A stretch of 64,000 nt of DNA from Candidatus Oxydemutatoraceae bacterium. GTDB taxonomy: Bacteria > Pseudomonadota > Gammaproteobacteria > Poriferisulfidales > Oxydemutatoraceae. Of the stretch, positions 21,185 through 31,553 are shown in pieces. The DNA lies in the NCBI GenBank assembly GCA_965218975.1, contig OZ244717.1, positions 32,001 through 96,000 on the forward strand, written 5' to 3'. Both the position numbers and the translations under genes were made by a program. Positions within the stretch are counted from its first letter, which is position 1. Each line of letters begins with the position of its first letter. The notes beneath the pieces are model-generated. The model saw nothing but the letters and a program-made list of their open reading frames with translations, had not been told where the DNA came from and did not search any database.

Positions 21185-22918
21185 CTACACATGAAACTTG
21201 CGCGGGCAATTACCGCGACGATTGTTCGTTAACACCGGTGTTTTAGTGTTGATCGTGTTTAACATAATGATTGTCTCCTTACCGATCAATCCGTCAACCT
21301 GTAAGCCGCAACGTCTCTGTAGTTGTCTGACTTTTGCCATCAGCGATATGTCATAGACAATCGGACGGCTGTCTAAAACCTTGCGCCCTTCGACCAGCGC
21401 CAATTGATTGTTTAACCATGTAACTGCCAGACTCTCGTCGCCAGGACGTACAGTACGAATAAAATTGTCGGGGCGGCGCCATAAAACAGTATATTCACCT
21501 GTCCAAAAGTTTTCTATTCGCGTCCGTTGAATCGATAGAGTTTTTTGCCCGACTCCAACTTTCCACTCATTGCTATTTAACACTGATAGTAGCGCAGCAT
21601 AAAAGGGTCGTCCCCGGTCCGACACTAGTTTTAGCAAAACCGGGCGGTTGATTCTTCGTATATCAATAAAATTGCCGTGTCTGTGCCAACAATCCAATTG
21701 GTGCTCACGCGCAAGTTCACACGGGGCTCGCCCTCCGCTCTCTGCCATGTTGTTAATCTGCCAACTTTTAAGCAATGCGGTGTACGCCTCAGATTCACGA
21801 AAATCTCCCCGTGCCAAATGCTCCCAGCTCATCGGCGCGTCATCTTGCAGAGTACTCGTGCCGGGCAAAAGCACTTTTGGTTTGGTAGACTCAAATGTTT
21901 CAGCGGGTAAACGCGATTCCGGCAGTTCCGATAATGTCGACGGAATATTTTCAGATACAGTATGGGAATTTAACAATGAATTCGACGACTGCACTCGTAA
22001 TGGAGAATAAGCGGTTATAACAATCCAATATGCGACACAAAATAACACTGTCGCTATGGAGAATGATGCCCACAAAGAACCGCTATTTGCGCCGAATAAT
22101 AACCGGCGGCGCTTACCAAATACTTCGTTTGCCGCCTGCTCCAATATTTTCATGCTGACTTCATGTTTATCATGAGCATAGCAACCGAGTAATGCGCGGT
22201 CACACAGTAAATTGACCAACCGCGGAATACCTTTGCTTAACTGTGCGATACGTAGCATAACTGTCGACGGAAAAATTGATGAGTTGCCTTGGGCAACTTC
22301 AAGGCGATGCATGATGTAGGCACGAACCTCCTTATTATTTAAGGCTTTCAAATGATACCGGGCAACGATTCTTTGCGATAACTGACGCAGTTCGGGCTGT
22401 TCCAATTTTTTTAGCAATTCCGGTTGTCCTATCAAAACAATTTGAATCAGTTTATGTTCGTTGGTTTCAAGATTGGTCAGCAAACGCAATTGTTCCAGCA
22501 CATTAATGCTAAGATTCTGCGCCTCTTCAACGATAATAACCGCATGCCATCCCTTGCTATGCGTCTGCAACAACCAAGTGTTTAATCCATCAATCAGGGC
22601 ATTGATGGTGCCGCCCGCTTCGTACGCAATTCCAAACTCGCGACAAATAGTTTCGAGTAATTCGGCTTCGCTGAGGCGGGGGTTAAAAATCATTGCAAGG
22701 TGCACATCTTTAGGCACTTGCTCAATCAAACATCTGCAGAGGGTGGTTTTACCGGTACCAACTTCACCGGTTAATAAAATGAAACTGCCGTTTTTTTCTT
22801 CGAGACCATAAGTCAAATGAGCAAGCGCCTCACGATGCTGTTCGCTTAGGTACAGGTAGTGAGGGTTCGGCGCTATCGTAAAAGGATTTTCAGTCAGATG
22901 GAAGTATTTTTCGTACAT
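21185..22918 (-). CDS. gspA: General secretion pathway ATPase A (ExeA) with peptidoglycan-binding domain
   Basis: MY..YF.L.E.PF.I.P.P, GEVGTGKTT, GQPEL motifs; C-terminal Q...GL.VDG.IG..T. Confidence 0.92.
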   Translation of the reverse strand: MYEKYFHLTENPFTIAPNPHYLYLSEQHREALAHLTYGLEEKNGSFILLTGEVGTGKTTLCRCLIEQVPKDVHLAMIFNPRLSEAELLETICREFGIAYEAGGTINALIDGLNTWLLQTHSKGWHAVIIVEEAQNLSINVLEQLRLLTNLETNEHKLIQIVLIGQPELLKKLEQPELRQLSQRIVARYHLKALNNKEVRAYIMHRLEVAQGNSSIFPSTVMLRIAQLSKGIPRLVNLLCDRALLGCYAHDKHEVSMKILEQAANEVFGKRRRLLFGANSGSLWASFSIATVLFCVAYWIVITAYSPLRVQSSNSLLNSHTVSENIPSTLSELPESRLPAETFESTKPKVLLPGTSTLQDDAPMSWEHLARGDFRESEAYTALLKSWQINNMAESGGRAPCELAREHQLDCWHRHGNFIDIRRINRPVLLKLVSDRGRPFYAALLSVLNSNEWKVGVGQKTLSIQRTRIENFWTGEYTVLWRRPDNFIRTVRPGDESLAVTWLNNQLALVEGRKVLDSRPIVYDISLMAKVRQLQRRCGLQVDGLIGKETIIMLNTINTKTPVLTNNRRGNCPRKFHV

Positions 22919-22951
22919 GGGCAGGAGATACGACGGTACCGATAATGTGCC

Positions 22952-25054
22952 TCATGCTCCATCTTCAACACTGCGCCGGCGAATCACACGGCGGATGACC
23001 TTGCGCCTCTTCTTGCTGCGCTTTTCCATGACCTCTTCATCACCGGTATCAGCATCATTGGAAATTTTAGGCAAAACCGCGCTACCTGCCATCTCTTCCT
23101 GATCACCGAGCAGACTGTTAATATTTTCACCGTAGAATAGCTGCTCCAGACGAATCCGAGCATATACTTCTTTGGAAAAGTCATGGCTTTCTTCAGGATT
23201 ACGTAAAATCGTCGGCTTAATAAAAATCATTAATGTATTGGCAGTATTATCGCTGTCGCGATTACGAAACAAATGACCAAGCACGGGTACTTTGCTCAGC
23301 AACGGTACGCGGCTCTCATTTTCCATACGTTGATTGCTAATTAACCCGCCGAGAATCAGAATATCGCCATCGTTGACGACCACGCTGGTTTTTAATTCTC
23401 GTTTTGTGGTTTCCGGAAACTCTCTGTTCCCATCTATGGTGGTACCGGTAATGTCTTCGGTTTTCTGTTCAATTTCGAGCTTAACGGCATCACCTTCGGT
23501 GATCTGTGGTGTCACTTTAAGCAAGGTGCCGAATTCTTCCTTGCTACGTGCAGTAGTTGTGCTACCTGAGCCGCTCGTCTGACCGGTTTCAACATAGCGC
23601 GTATCCGACACATCAATCATTGCCTCTTCGTTATTCAGCGTTAGAATAGACGGTGTGGACAATACGTTAGAGTTGGTATCGGTGCGTACAGCATCAATCA
23701 ACAAACTGATTTGGTGCCCTCTGTCAGTGACTGCGCCACCTGCTGTTATCCGCCCGCCGCTTAGACCTGCTAAAAGACCGCTATAAGATTCTCCGCCAAT
23801 GAAATTAGACAAAATAACATTGCCATCATCATCAAAACCAATATTGCCTAAACGCGAATTAATCTCAGCCATCTGACTAGCGCTAATATCGGCGATAATC
23901 GCTTCAATCAACACTTGCGGGCGCGGCACATCTAACTTACTGATAATATGCAGAACCGCATCGATAATCTTCGGCGGACCGCCGACGATCAAGGAATTGG
24001 TTTCCTCGTCATACTGTACTGTGTAATTGCGCGCATCATCCTTACCGGACTTAATCAAAGCCTGCTTGCTTTTCGATGAAGCGGGCTGTTTTTTCTTACT
24101 TTTCTTACTTTTCTTACTTTTAGCTTTTTTCTTCGGTTTGGACGGAGTGACTTCGGTAAACGCATAACTACCTTGCCCGCCAAGGTTTTTCAGGAACGCC
24201 GATGAGCTAAACAGATTTTTCAGCAACGTCGCCATATCTTCGGCTTTAGCATAATGTAGAGGAATAATCCGAATGCTGCCGGATAAACTAGCCGAAGCGG
24301 CAGGAGTATCCATATCGGCAATTAATGCTCGCAGACGCAGACGCATTTCACTAGGCCCGACTAAAATAATGCGATTGGCATCCTCATCGGCAATAATTTC
24401 AACCAGATGACGGAGGTTCTTATTGCTGACTTTTTGGATGACTTTCTGCATGCTGATGGCATCCAAATACCGCAACGGCACCAAATCGTAATCGGCGATT
24501 GACGGTACATCCAGCTTTGTCAAAATAGTCTTGGCACGTGCCAAATTCGCCTTCACTTCAGTAATAATGACGGTATTGGTTTCCTTATGACTCAAAACTT
24601 GCGCCTGCGGTGTCATTAGCGGTTTAATGAGCGGAATGACGCTGCCGGCATTCAGATGATTGATCGTTACGATCTCAGTGATCAAATTTTCCGGAATATC
24701 GTTTTCCGAATAACGCGCGCCGAGATTGGCAGGAACAACACGAGTGATTCCAAGACTTTCTATCGCACGAAACCCATGCATGCGTAAAATGGATAGCATT
24801 ACATCATACAATGCGCTTTCCGCAATCGGCTCGTTAGCGATAATCGTCACTTTACCGCGCACTCGCGGGTCAATTAAGAAGTTTTTACCGGCAATCTCGC
24901 CGACGCTCTCAATGATCTGACGAATGTCCACATCACGGAAGTTCATCATTAACGGCTCGTCGGATTTGACTAGCATCGGCAAAATCATCATCGACAATAC
25001 CAACATCATTGTAGGAAAAGTAAAACGCCACAGTTTATAAACGAATGAATACAT
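22952..25054 (-). CDS. gspD: Type II secretion secretin D
   Basis: NF.D.DI...I, DPRVRGK.T, LD.PRPQVLIEAII, VPLL..VP.LG.LF motifs. Confidence 0.95.
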   Translation of the reverse strand: MYSFVYKLWRFTFPTMMLVLSMMILPMLVKSDEPLMMNFRDVDIRQIIESVGEIAGKNFLIDPRVRGKVTIIANEPIAESALYDVMLSILRMHGFRAIESLGITRVVPANLGARYSENDIPENLITEIVTINHLNAGSVIPLIKPLMTPQAQVLSHKETNTVIITEVKANLARAKTILTKLDVPSIADYDLVPLRYLDAISMQKVIQKVSNKNLRHLVEIIADEDANRIILVGPSEMRLRLRALIADMDTPAASASLSGSIRIIPLHYAKAEDMATLLKNLFSSSAFLKNLGGQGSYAFTEVTPSKPKKKAKSKKSKKSKKKQPASSKSKQALIKSGKDDARNYTVQYDEETNSLIVGGPPKIIDAVLHIISKLDVPRPQVLIEAIIADISASQMAEINSRLGNIGFDDDGNVILSNFIGGESYSGLLAGLSGGRITAGGAVTDRGHQISLLIDAVRTDTNSNVLSTPSILTLNNEEAMIDVSDTRYVETGQTSGSGSTTTARSKEEFGTLLKVTPQITEGDAVKLEIEQKTEDITGTTIDGNREFPETTKRELKTSVVVNDGDILILGGLISNQRMENESRVPLLSKVPVLGHLFRNRDSDNTANTLMIFIKPTILRNPEESHDFSKEVYARIRLEQLFYGENINSLLGDQEEMAGSAVLPKISNDADTGDEEVMEKRSKKRRKVIRRVIRRRSVEDGA

Positions 25055-25063
25055 GTGCTTTGC

Positions 25064-25939
25064 CTATTGAATAAAAATATCCGTCACAACTCCCTCACGC
25101 ATAACTTGGAGGTTTATACCATCGGATTTTAGCAGGGATTGCCATGATTTCGGGTCTTTTATTAGCTCGCGCACGGTCCGATCATTAACGGAAGTAACAA
25201 TATCCCCCTCCATAAAGCCCATTTCATCAAACAATTCCTTGTATTTACTCTCTCTAGGACTAACTTTAAATCCAAATCCTTTTGCTCCTCTTACCCGCTT
25301 AAATTTTATGATTTCGGTCAGTTTGGTCGGCTCCTCAATCAAGGCCTCACGAATATTTACAGCGCTTAAAGGCTCGTCACTTACATCGTCAGTGTCATCC
25401 GATTCCTCTTCCTCTTCGTCCGGAATCTCTCCTGAAAATAAATTGATTCGTTTGATTTCTAAAACCTCTATTCGTCCGTCGCGTTCCAGATTGACATAGT
25501 AGTTCCCGACTTTTCGCAAAAAGATCGCCGGAACCACTTCATCGCCGACATAAAATATTTTTCCCTTCTTTCCTCCTATGGCAATTAGCGCAATCCCCTC
25601 ATCTTCACCACCTTGTGCGATGACTCCTAATAATTTCGCATTTAACTTTGAAGGCGCAACGGATTTGCGTGCGCGCGGTCCGGTATCCATAAACCAATTC
25701 CAAGAACCTTGCCGAAGCAATTTAGGTTGTTTGGGCAAATCTAATACAACCGGCGCCTTGAAATCTTGGGGGTACATAACTTGCCAAAACAAAACAGACG
25801 CATAATAAAAAATTAACAATAACAGACCGAATATAGCGATTCTGCTAAGCACCACATTAAATGCTTGTAAGTAAGTGGTAGATATCCGGCTTAGGAAATG
25901 AGAAATTGATATATTTTGACTTGCTTTCATTGCTATCAA
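25064..25939 (-). CDS. gspC: Type II secretion protein C (HR + PDZ-like)
   Basis: TM, L.AKLLGVI...ALI HR domain, G...GD.V.SVN PDZ-like tail; upstream of gspD. Confidence 0.85.
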   Translation of the reverse strand: MIAMKASQNISISHFLSRISTTYLQAFNVVLSRIAIFGLLLLIFYYASVLFWQVMYPQDFKAPVVLDLPKQPKLLRQGSWNWFMDTGPRARKSVAPSKLNAKLLGVIAQGGEDEGIALIAIGGKKGKIFYVGDEVVPAIFLRKVGNYYVNLERDGRIEVLEIKRINLFSGEIPDEEEEESDDTDDVSDEPLSAVNIREALIEEPTKLTEIIKFKRVRGAKGFGFKVSPRESKYKELFDEMGFMEGDIVTSVNDRTVRELIKDPKSWQSLLKSDGINLQVMREGVVTDIFIQ

Positions 25940-25966
25940 CCACCGATATCCCGTCTTACAGAGATA

Positions 25967-28192
25967 TCATGACTTACTTTGTTTCTCCAAAGCCTGTTGC
26001 GCTCGCCGTTTAATATTCTCTAAGATGTTTAGTCTTTTCTTAGCAGATGAAAAACGCTTTTTAAACCTTGATTCCTGTCGCCGTGAGTCAGCGGAATTAA
26101 GATTTTTTATGCTTTCCGAAAAACTTTTTGACTTTGCCTCTAATTTTTTCACATTTGTAGAAGCTTCGCGAATATAAAAATCTATCTCTTCAGGAACTTT
26201 ACGGTACTGCCCTGCTTGTAGCAAAACATTCATATAATTCAGTAATGTCTTATGATCCACTTTTTGCACTGATAGCAGCTGGCCAAAATAATGCGCTGTC
26301 TCCGCATATCGCCCCATTGTCCAATAGGCGCTCGCTAGATTGTACAACGTATTCCGACTGTATGGATAATCCGCAAGCACTTTCACGAGCAGAGGAATCG
26401 CTTTCTCTGCCTGACCCAATTTGAGCAGAGCTGTTGCTTCAAACCATTGTAGTTTTGTACGCAAGGGGTTGTATTCATAAGCTTTACGCGCTGCACGCAG
26501 TAGTTCGGACCCTCGACCGTTTTGCTGAATTAATATTGCCGCTTTTCGATAATAAATTTCAGACTGGAACAGATTGTAGTGGAACACCAACAACGCAATA
26601 CTTAGAATCAATGTAACTACACCGGGCAACCGGCGATAAATCGGCTTGGCGACTGATAAAGCATATTGTTTTTGACTGATATAGAAGGAATAGGCGCAAC
26701 TGAGTACTGCCAGGTAAACCACTATTACCAACAAAGGCACCGGTTGCTTGAATGGAAAACTGAATGCAGCATCTACTCCGATACCAATGAGTGCCAATAT
26801 GGGAGCAAACATCAGAAATCCTTCCGAAGATTCATGCTTAACCGATAGTAAGGCGGTGACTGTTTTAACCAAGGCTGCTAAAATGAGTAGAATGAAAATA
26901 AAGCCTATCATCCCTAGTTCACAGATGAATTCAACATAATCGTTGTGGGCATTTGCATGAAACTTATTTTGAACTAGTTGAACATCCTGCTCAACCCATG
27001 ACTGATATTCCGGATAATGAACGGTCCAGTTACCCAAACCTACCCCGGCAAAAAAATGATCAATGAGCATCGGGATTGAATTGGTCCAAATCCTAAAGCG
27101 AATATGTCCGGTATGCTCAATGTCGCTTATGACTGATTCGGCTACTTTCCACCCGTCTTTTGCATAATAAGGGCCTATTCCCTTAGTCCCTATTGAAGCT
27201 TTAGCAACTGCTTGAGATGTTCCTAACATAGTAGGTGTCACGTACGATAGTACAAGAACCAACGCTATCCCGGTAATCAATCCCAACTTTTTATCCTTCG
27301 TATTGAGTAATATATGTTTCCGTACGAATTTCCAATATGCTAAAAAAGTCAACAACACAACAATTTCAAACAAGGCGGAAACCCAAACGGCACGTGCTCG
27401 GGTATAGTATATAAATACTAAAATTAAAGCTGCCGTCAACGCAAAAAACCAAGTGCTAAATTTTGTTTTTGAGTTAAAGAAATAAATGATAGCGAGTGGG
27501 AAGGTAAGTAAGCCGTATTGACCTGCCATATTTTTGTTGCTAAATGTCGCCGCCGGAACAATATGTTGTTGCACCCAATCAATACCAAACAAGAATTGCC
27601 CGATGCCCAACAGAGCAATCAATAGCCCGCTAAGCGCCATCATAAACAAAAGTCTATGTAGCGCTTGCACATCTTTTACCAACAAAAGGACTAATAAACC
27701 GCCAACAATCGCACCGGTGTAATTGAGCGCAGCACGTGACCACTCATAGGTATTCAGCGACCAAAAAAACGATATGATTGCCCATAGATAAAACAATAAC
27801 ATCGGAAGCGGCATCGGCGCACACGGCAGCTCTATGGGACGTGTTCCGGAACGCGAAAATAGGTAGACGGCAAGTAATAATACTCCTAAAACCTGAATAT
27901 AGGCCGCCATGTGTAAATCCGGTGTATAGCCGCCTTTTTGGCCATAAGGTCCAACAATCGCCGGAGAGACAACCAAAAATATTACCAGCCAGAAAAGCCA
28001 GGGCAGAGCTGGCACGGACAACCGTGCTGCCATGGCTTCGCCTACTTGGAACTTTTTATCTTTATGAATACTTGCGCCGACTGAATCTAATACCGGCTTT
28101 TGCTTAATTTCTTGAGTACTCTGCCCTTGGGAATTCTTTGTCCGTTGCGTATTAGCGCGTAATCGCGACCTTCTTTTTTTACGTTTTGCCAT
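25967..28192 (-). CDS. O-antigen ligase / O-oligosaccharyltransferase-like membrane protein with C-terminal TPRs
   Basis: Many TM helices; ATF.NKN, R..IW, G.GLGNW, AHNDY.E..CELG..G (Wzy_C) motifs; TPR-like helices. Confidence 0.85.
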   Translation of the reverse strand: MAKRKKRRSRLRANTQRTKNSQGQSTQEIKQKPVLDSVGASIHKDKKFQVGEAMAARLSVPALPWLFWLVIFLVVSPAIVGPYGQKGGYTPDLHMAAYIQVLGVLLLAVYLFSRSGTRPIELPCAPMPLPMLLFYLWAIISFFWSLNTYEWSRAALNYTGAIVGGLLVLLLVKDVQALHRLLFMMALSGLLIALLGIGQFLFGIDWVQQHIVPAATFSNKNMAGQYGLLTFPLAIIYFFNSKTKFSTWFFALTAALILVFIYYTRARAVWVSALFEIVVLLTFLAYWKFVRKHILLNTKDKKLGLITGIALVLVLSYVTPTMLGTSQAVAKASIGTKGIGPYYAKDGWKVAESVISDIEHTGHIRFRIWTNSIPMLIDHFFAGVGLGNWTVHYPEYQSWVEQDVQLVQNKFHANAHNDYVEFICELGMIGFIFILLILAALVKTVTALLSVKHESSEGFLMFAPILALIGIGVDAAFSFPFKQPVPLLVIVVYLAVLSCAYSFYISQKQYALSVAKPIYRRLPGVVTLILSIALLVFHYNLFQSEIYYRKAAILIQQNGRGSELLRAARKAYEYNPLRTKLQWFEATALLKLGQAEKAIPLLVKVLADYPYSRNTLYNLASAYWTMGRYAETAHYFGQLLSVQKVDHKTLLNYMNVLLQAGQYRKVPEEIDFYIREASTNVKKLEAKSKSFSESIKNLNSADSRRQESRFKKRFSSAKKRLNILENIKRRAQQALEKQSKS

Positions 28193-28282
28193 AAATTCCC
28201 TAGTTTATTCGAAAAGCAATATACCTCATTTCTCTTATTTGGAAAATTTAATTATACTTGACAATATTAGGGGTTAGAAATC

Positions 28283-29410
28283 ATGTTTAGACTACCGCTT
28301 TTAACGATCATTTTTTGGTTCGGTGCCGGACTGGGGCTTGGCTGGGCAATTAGTACTGCCTACCAAAGCCGCTCGCTATCAAACAATTTTCCTGCCCCTG
28401 CAGTCGTTCAGAAAGTACCGCCCAAACAAAATGTTGCGTTGCCTACTGACGATGAAAAAAGATTTCGTGATGCTATCGTCAGTATCTTAGAAAAACATGA
28501 AAACAGAAATATCCCGTCGGAAGAAATTTCTCTCAATGACAGAAGGATTTTAGAAAGCAACACACAAAATTTGATTGATAATAATATCAACGATGCACAA
28601 AACATCTTACATCGCTGGTTAGATTCCAATCCCTATGATCCGCAAGCGATGTTTTTAATGGCTCGAACTCACGCCGAAAAGCAAGAATATGAGAAAGCTT
28701 TGGAACTTGCTCTCATGCTAAAAACCGACCCGCAGATTACCGTGCCGGCCGAAACCATAGACACTTTTATCGATGAAATCGTAGTCTTACACACCGCTAA
28801 ACTGCGTGAAACAAAGCAACTTGATCGCCTGCTGTCAGTTTATCAGAAACTTGTATTGGAACTACCCGATCCGCAAAAATATTATTACCAATTGGCTCAA
28901 ATCCAGAACGACCTCAACCTCAACACCGATGCACTCACTTCACTCAACTACGTCTTATACGACTCGGTATGGGGGCAATTAGCTCAAAAGCTTGCGCAGG
29001 AAATTCAGATTAAACTTGACCTTGTCAATAAAATACAAGTCCCCCTTGAGCGAGCGGGAGAACAGTTTATCGTGATTGCGACAATCAATGGCATCGGTGG
29101 AATCAGGCTACTGATTGATACCGGAGCGTCAATGTGTATATTACGTCCTCAAACGGCGATTCAGATCGGGCTACCCGTGGAAGAAGGGCAGAATGTTTTG
29201 CTTTCCGTCGCATCCGGAGTGGCAAATGCTCGAAGTGTCACCCTTGACAGCATAGAAATCGGTGCAGCGCAGTTAAAGGATGTTTTAAGCAGCATTTTAG
29301 AAATGCCGCCGGGTATGAAAAGCGATGGTTTATTAGGAATGAATTTTCTTAGCCGTTTTAATTTCTTTATCGATCAAAATGATGCGGTACTCTACCTTGG
29401 CGCCCGATAG
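28283..29410 (+). CDS. TPR-containing clan AA aspartic protease
   Basis: TPR-like middle region; C-terminal LIDTGAS and GLLGMNFL. Confidence 0.85.
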   Translation: MFRLPLLTIIFWFGAGLGLGWAISTAYQSRSLSNNFPAPAVVQKVPPKQNVALPTDDEKRFRDAIVSILEKHENRNIPSEEISLNDRRILESNTQNLIDNNINDAQNILHRWLDSNPYDPQAMFLMARTHAEKQEYEKALELALMLKTDPQITVPAETIDTFIDEIVVLHTAKLRETKQLDRLLSVYQKLVLELPDPQKYYYQLAQIQNDLNLNTDALTSLNYVLYDSVWGQLAQKLAQEIQIKLDLVNKIQVPLERAGEQFIVIATINGIGGIRLLIDTGASMCILRPQTAIQIGLPVEEGQNVLLSVASGVANARSVTLDSIEIGAAQLKDVLSSILEMPPGMKSDGLLGMNFLSRFNFFIDQNDAVLYLGAR

Positions 29411-29478
29411 GTTTGATATGCACCCTTATCGCAGATTCCGTCGATATTTGTCGTGACGTAAATCCGCCGGTTCTCTCC

Positions 29479-30273
29479 GTGACATCGCTCATTGATATTT
29501 GCTTTAACGCAACACACCACTCTTTTGCAAAGGACTTTGATACCGTAATCGCCGCAGCATATGCGGAAAATGTACAGCACATGATAGTGCCAGGTTCATC
29601 ATTATATGATAGCCAATGCGCTATTGAATTGTGTAAACAGCATCCCAAAAAATTCAGAGCGACAGTTGGTGTTCATCCCCACCTCGCCAAAGAGTGGAAC
29701 GAAAACACACCACAAAAGCTACACGCACTTGCACAGGATTCGACTGTTGTGGCAATCGGCGAAACCGGCCTCGACTATAACCGAAATCATTCTACTCCGG
29801 ATACCCAACGCCTGGTGTTCGAAAAACATATTGAATTGGCAACAGAAACCCAACTACCTTTGTTTTTGCATCAACGCGACGCGCACCAAGATTTTCTGGC
29901 ACTAATCACTCCTCACTACAGAGAATTAGCAGCTGCGGTTGTACATTGCTTTACCGGCGATGAACGGCAACTCGATGACTATCTCGAATTAAATTTTTAC
30001 ATCGGGATCACCGGGTGGATTTGCGATGAACGCAGAGGGAAACACCTGAAGAAAATTATTCCGAAAATCCCACCCTCTTCTCTGATGCTTGAAACGGACG
30101 CGCCTTATCTGCTTCCGCGATCGCTACCTCAACGCCCTGATCGCAATCGTAATGAACCAAGATTCTTAGCGCATATCGCGGAACAAGTAGCAATGCATTT
30201 AGACAAAGATATACAAGAATTAACGACGCAAACCACCGCCAATGCTCAGAGATTTTTTGGTTGGAATTTTTAA
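29479..30273 (+). CDS. tatD: TatD family DNase
   Basis: GVHPH, IGETGLDYNR, FLHQRDAH, HCFTG, ETDAPYL motifs; start uncertain. Confidence 0.92.
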   Translation: MTSLIDICFNATHHSFAKDFDTVIAAAYAENVQHMIVPGSSLYDSQCAIELCKQHPKKFRATVGVHPHLAKEWNENTPQKLHALAQDSTVVAIGETGLDYNRNHSTPDTQRLVFEKHIELATETQLPLFLHQRDAHQDFLALITPHYRELAAAVVHCFTGDERQLDDYLELNFYIGITGWICDERRGKHLKKIIPKIPPSSLMLETDAPYLLPRSLPQRPDRNRNEPRFLAHIAEQVAMHLDKDIQELTTQTTANAQRFFGWNF

Positions 30274-30290
30274 GCGGGAAATGTAATAAG

Positions 30291-31304
30291 TCAAATATTC
30301 AGCGAAAGACGCTTTGTCGAATAACCATAATCTTCCAACAGCTTTAGCACACCTTGTTCGCCATATAAATGCAGTGCGCCCACCGCGATAAAGGCGTTTT
30401 CACGACGCAGAGGAGCGAGCATATGATGTGCCATCACATAATTTCGTTCAAACAAAACATTCTTCAAATAAACCATCTCGAACCCACGTTTAATTGATTC
30501 TTCCGAGATAAACATTACACTTAACTGCAACATTTTTTTCAAGTCCTCTTTTAAGTACGCTTCTAACATCCTCTCACTAAATATCGGCATATCATCATAA
30601 GCATTGATCCGATCATTCAGTAAGCTAATTTGCGCTTCCATCGGAAAATCATAATAAGCGGCAACCAATTCTTCCAAAGTCTCCACTTGATATAAGTCTT
30701 GCGCTTTATCGGCGGCCATTTCATACAACATATGGTCCAAAATCGGACCGCGGTTTTCTTGTACTGCAAACTTATGAGTACCAAGCTCATTCATAACCGC
30801 CCACGGATATAAGTGCATCAGTCGCTGTTGTTTAACACCCAATTTTTCAAGTTTTTTTTCAAGTTCGCGATAAAGATCTTCGCCGATTAAACTTGGCAGT
30901 GTTTGCCCCTCGGGCAAAGTCATATCCCGGATAATGCTACGAAATCCCCAGTGCGGGTTAAAATATCGCACTCCGGGAAATGCTTCCATACTGAAGCTCT
31001 TCGCCCGCAACAACTTTTTTCGAACATTAGATGGCAACGTTATGACACGTTTATCGTTCGAATGGAAGGTGCCAAAAATATAGCCGTCCGTCTTGCCGTC
31101 TTGTAAGACTTCCCAAAATATTCCCTGATTGAAACGCGACGCGGGTGTAGCCAACCGTTGTGCTGCTGGTATCGAATTCTTCTTAGTTGCTATCGTCATC
31201 TCCGCCAACGTAACACCGCCGGCAAATCCGAAGATCAGGTAAGTCATTAAAGCATATAGTACAAACGAACCGTGAAAAACCTTATTCTTTAACATTGTTT
31301 GCAT
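30291..31304 (-). CDS. TraB/GumN family protein
   Basis: YIFGTFH, ERN..M, FIAVGALHL.GE.G motifs. Confidence 0.9.
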   Translation of the reverse strand: MQTMLKNKVFHGSFVLYALMTYLIFGFAGGVTLAEMTIATKKNSIPAAQRLATPASRFNQGIFWEVLQDGKTDGYIFGTFHSNDKRVITLPSNVRKKLLRAKSFSMEAFPGVRYFNPHWGFRSIIRDMTLPEGQTLPSLIGEDLYRELEKKLEKLGVKQQRLMHLYPWAVMNELGTHKFAVQENRGPILDHMLYEMAADKAQDLYQVETLEELVAAYYDFPMEAQISLLNDRINAYDDMPIFSERMLEAYLKEDLKKMLQLSVMFISEESIKRGFEMVYLKNVLFERNYVMAHHMLAPLRRENAFIAVGALHLYGEQGVLKLLEDYGYSTKRLSLNI

Positions 31305-31478
31305 CGCTTTAGCAAAAAATTGTAAAAAACACCAAGCTAAATATCCACTCTGACAGCAAATTTATATTACGCCAGTTTTTTTTATCATACTTTATCTTTG
31401 GTAGACCTGCTATGAAAAAATCTCATATACATGAGATGAATGCGGTATTATAACCATGCCAATCTTTAGCGATTAGAC

Positions 31479-31515
31479 AAAAAAGTGCCGGTCGGCACTC
31501 AGTGCTAACCGGCAC
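31479..31515 (-). terminator. Intrinsic terminator of the monooxygenase gene
   Basis: GTGCCGGT...ACCGGCAC hairpin followed by a T6 run on the minus strand. Confidence 0.75.
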
Positions 31516-31553
31516 AAGGGAGGAACAAGTCAGTCACCGTAAAGTTGTCACCA

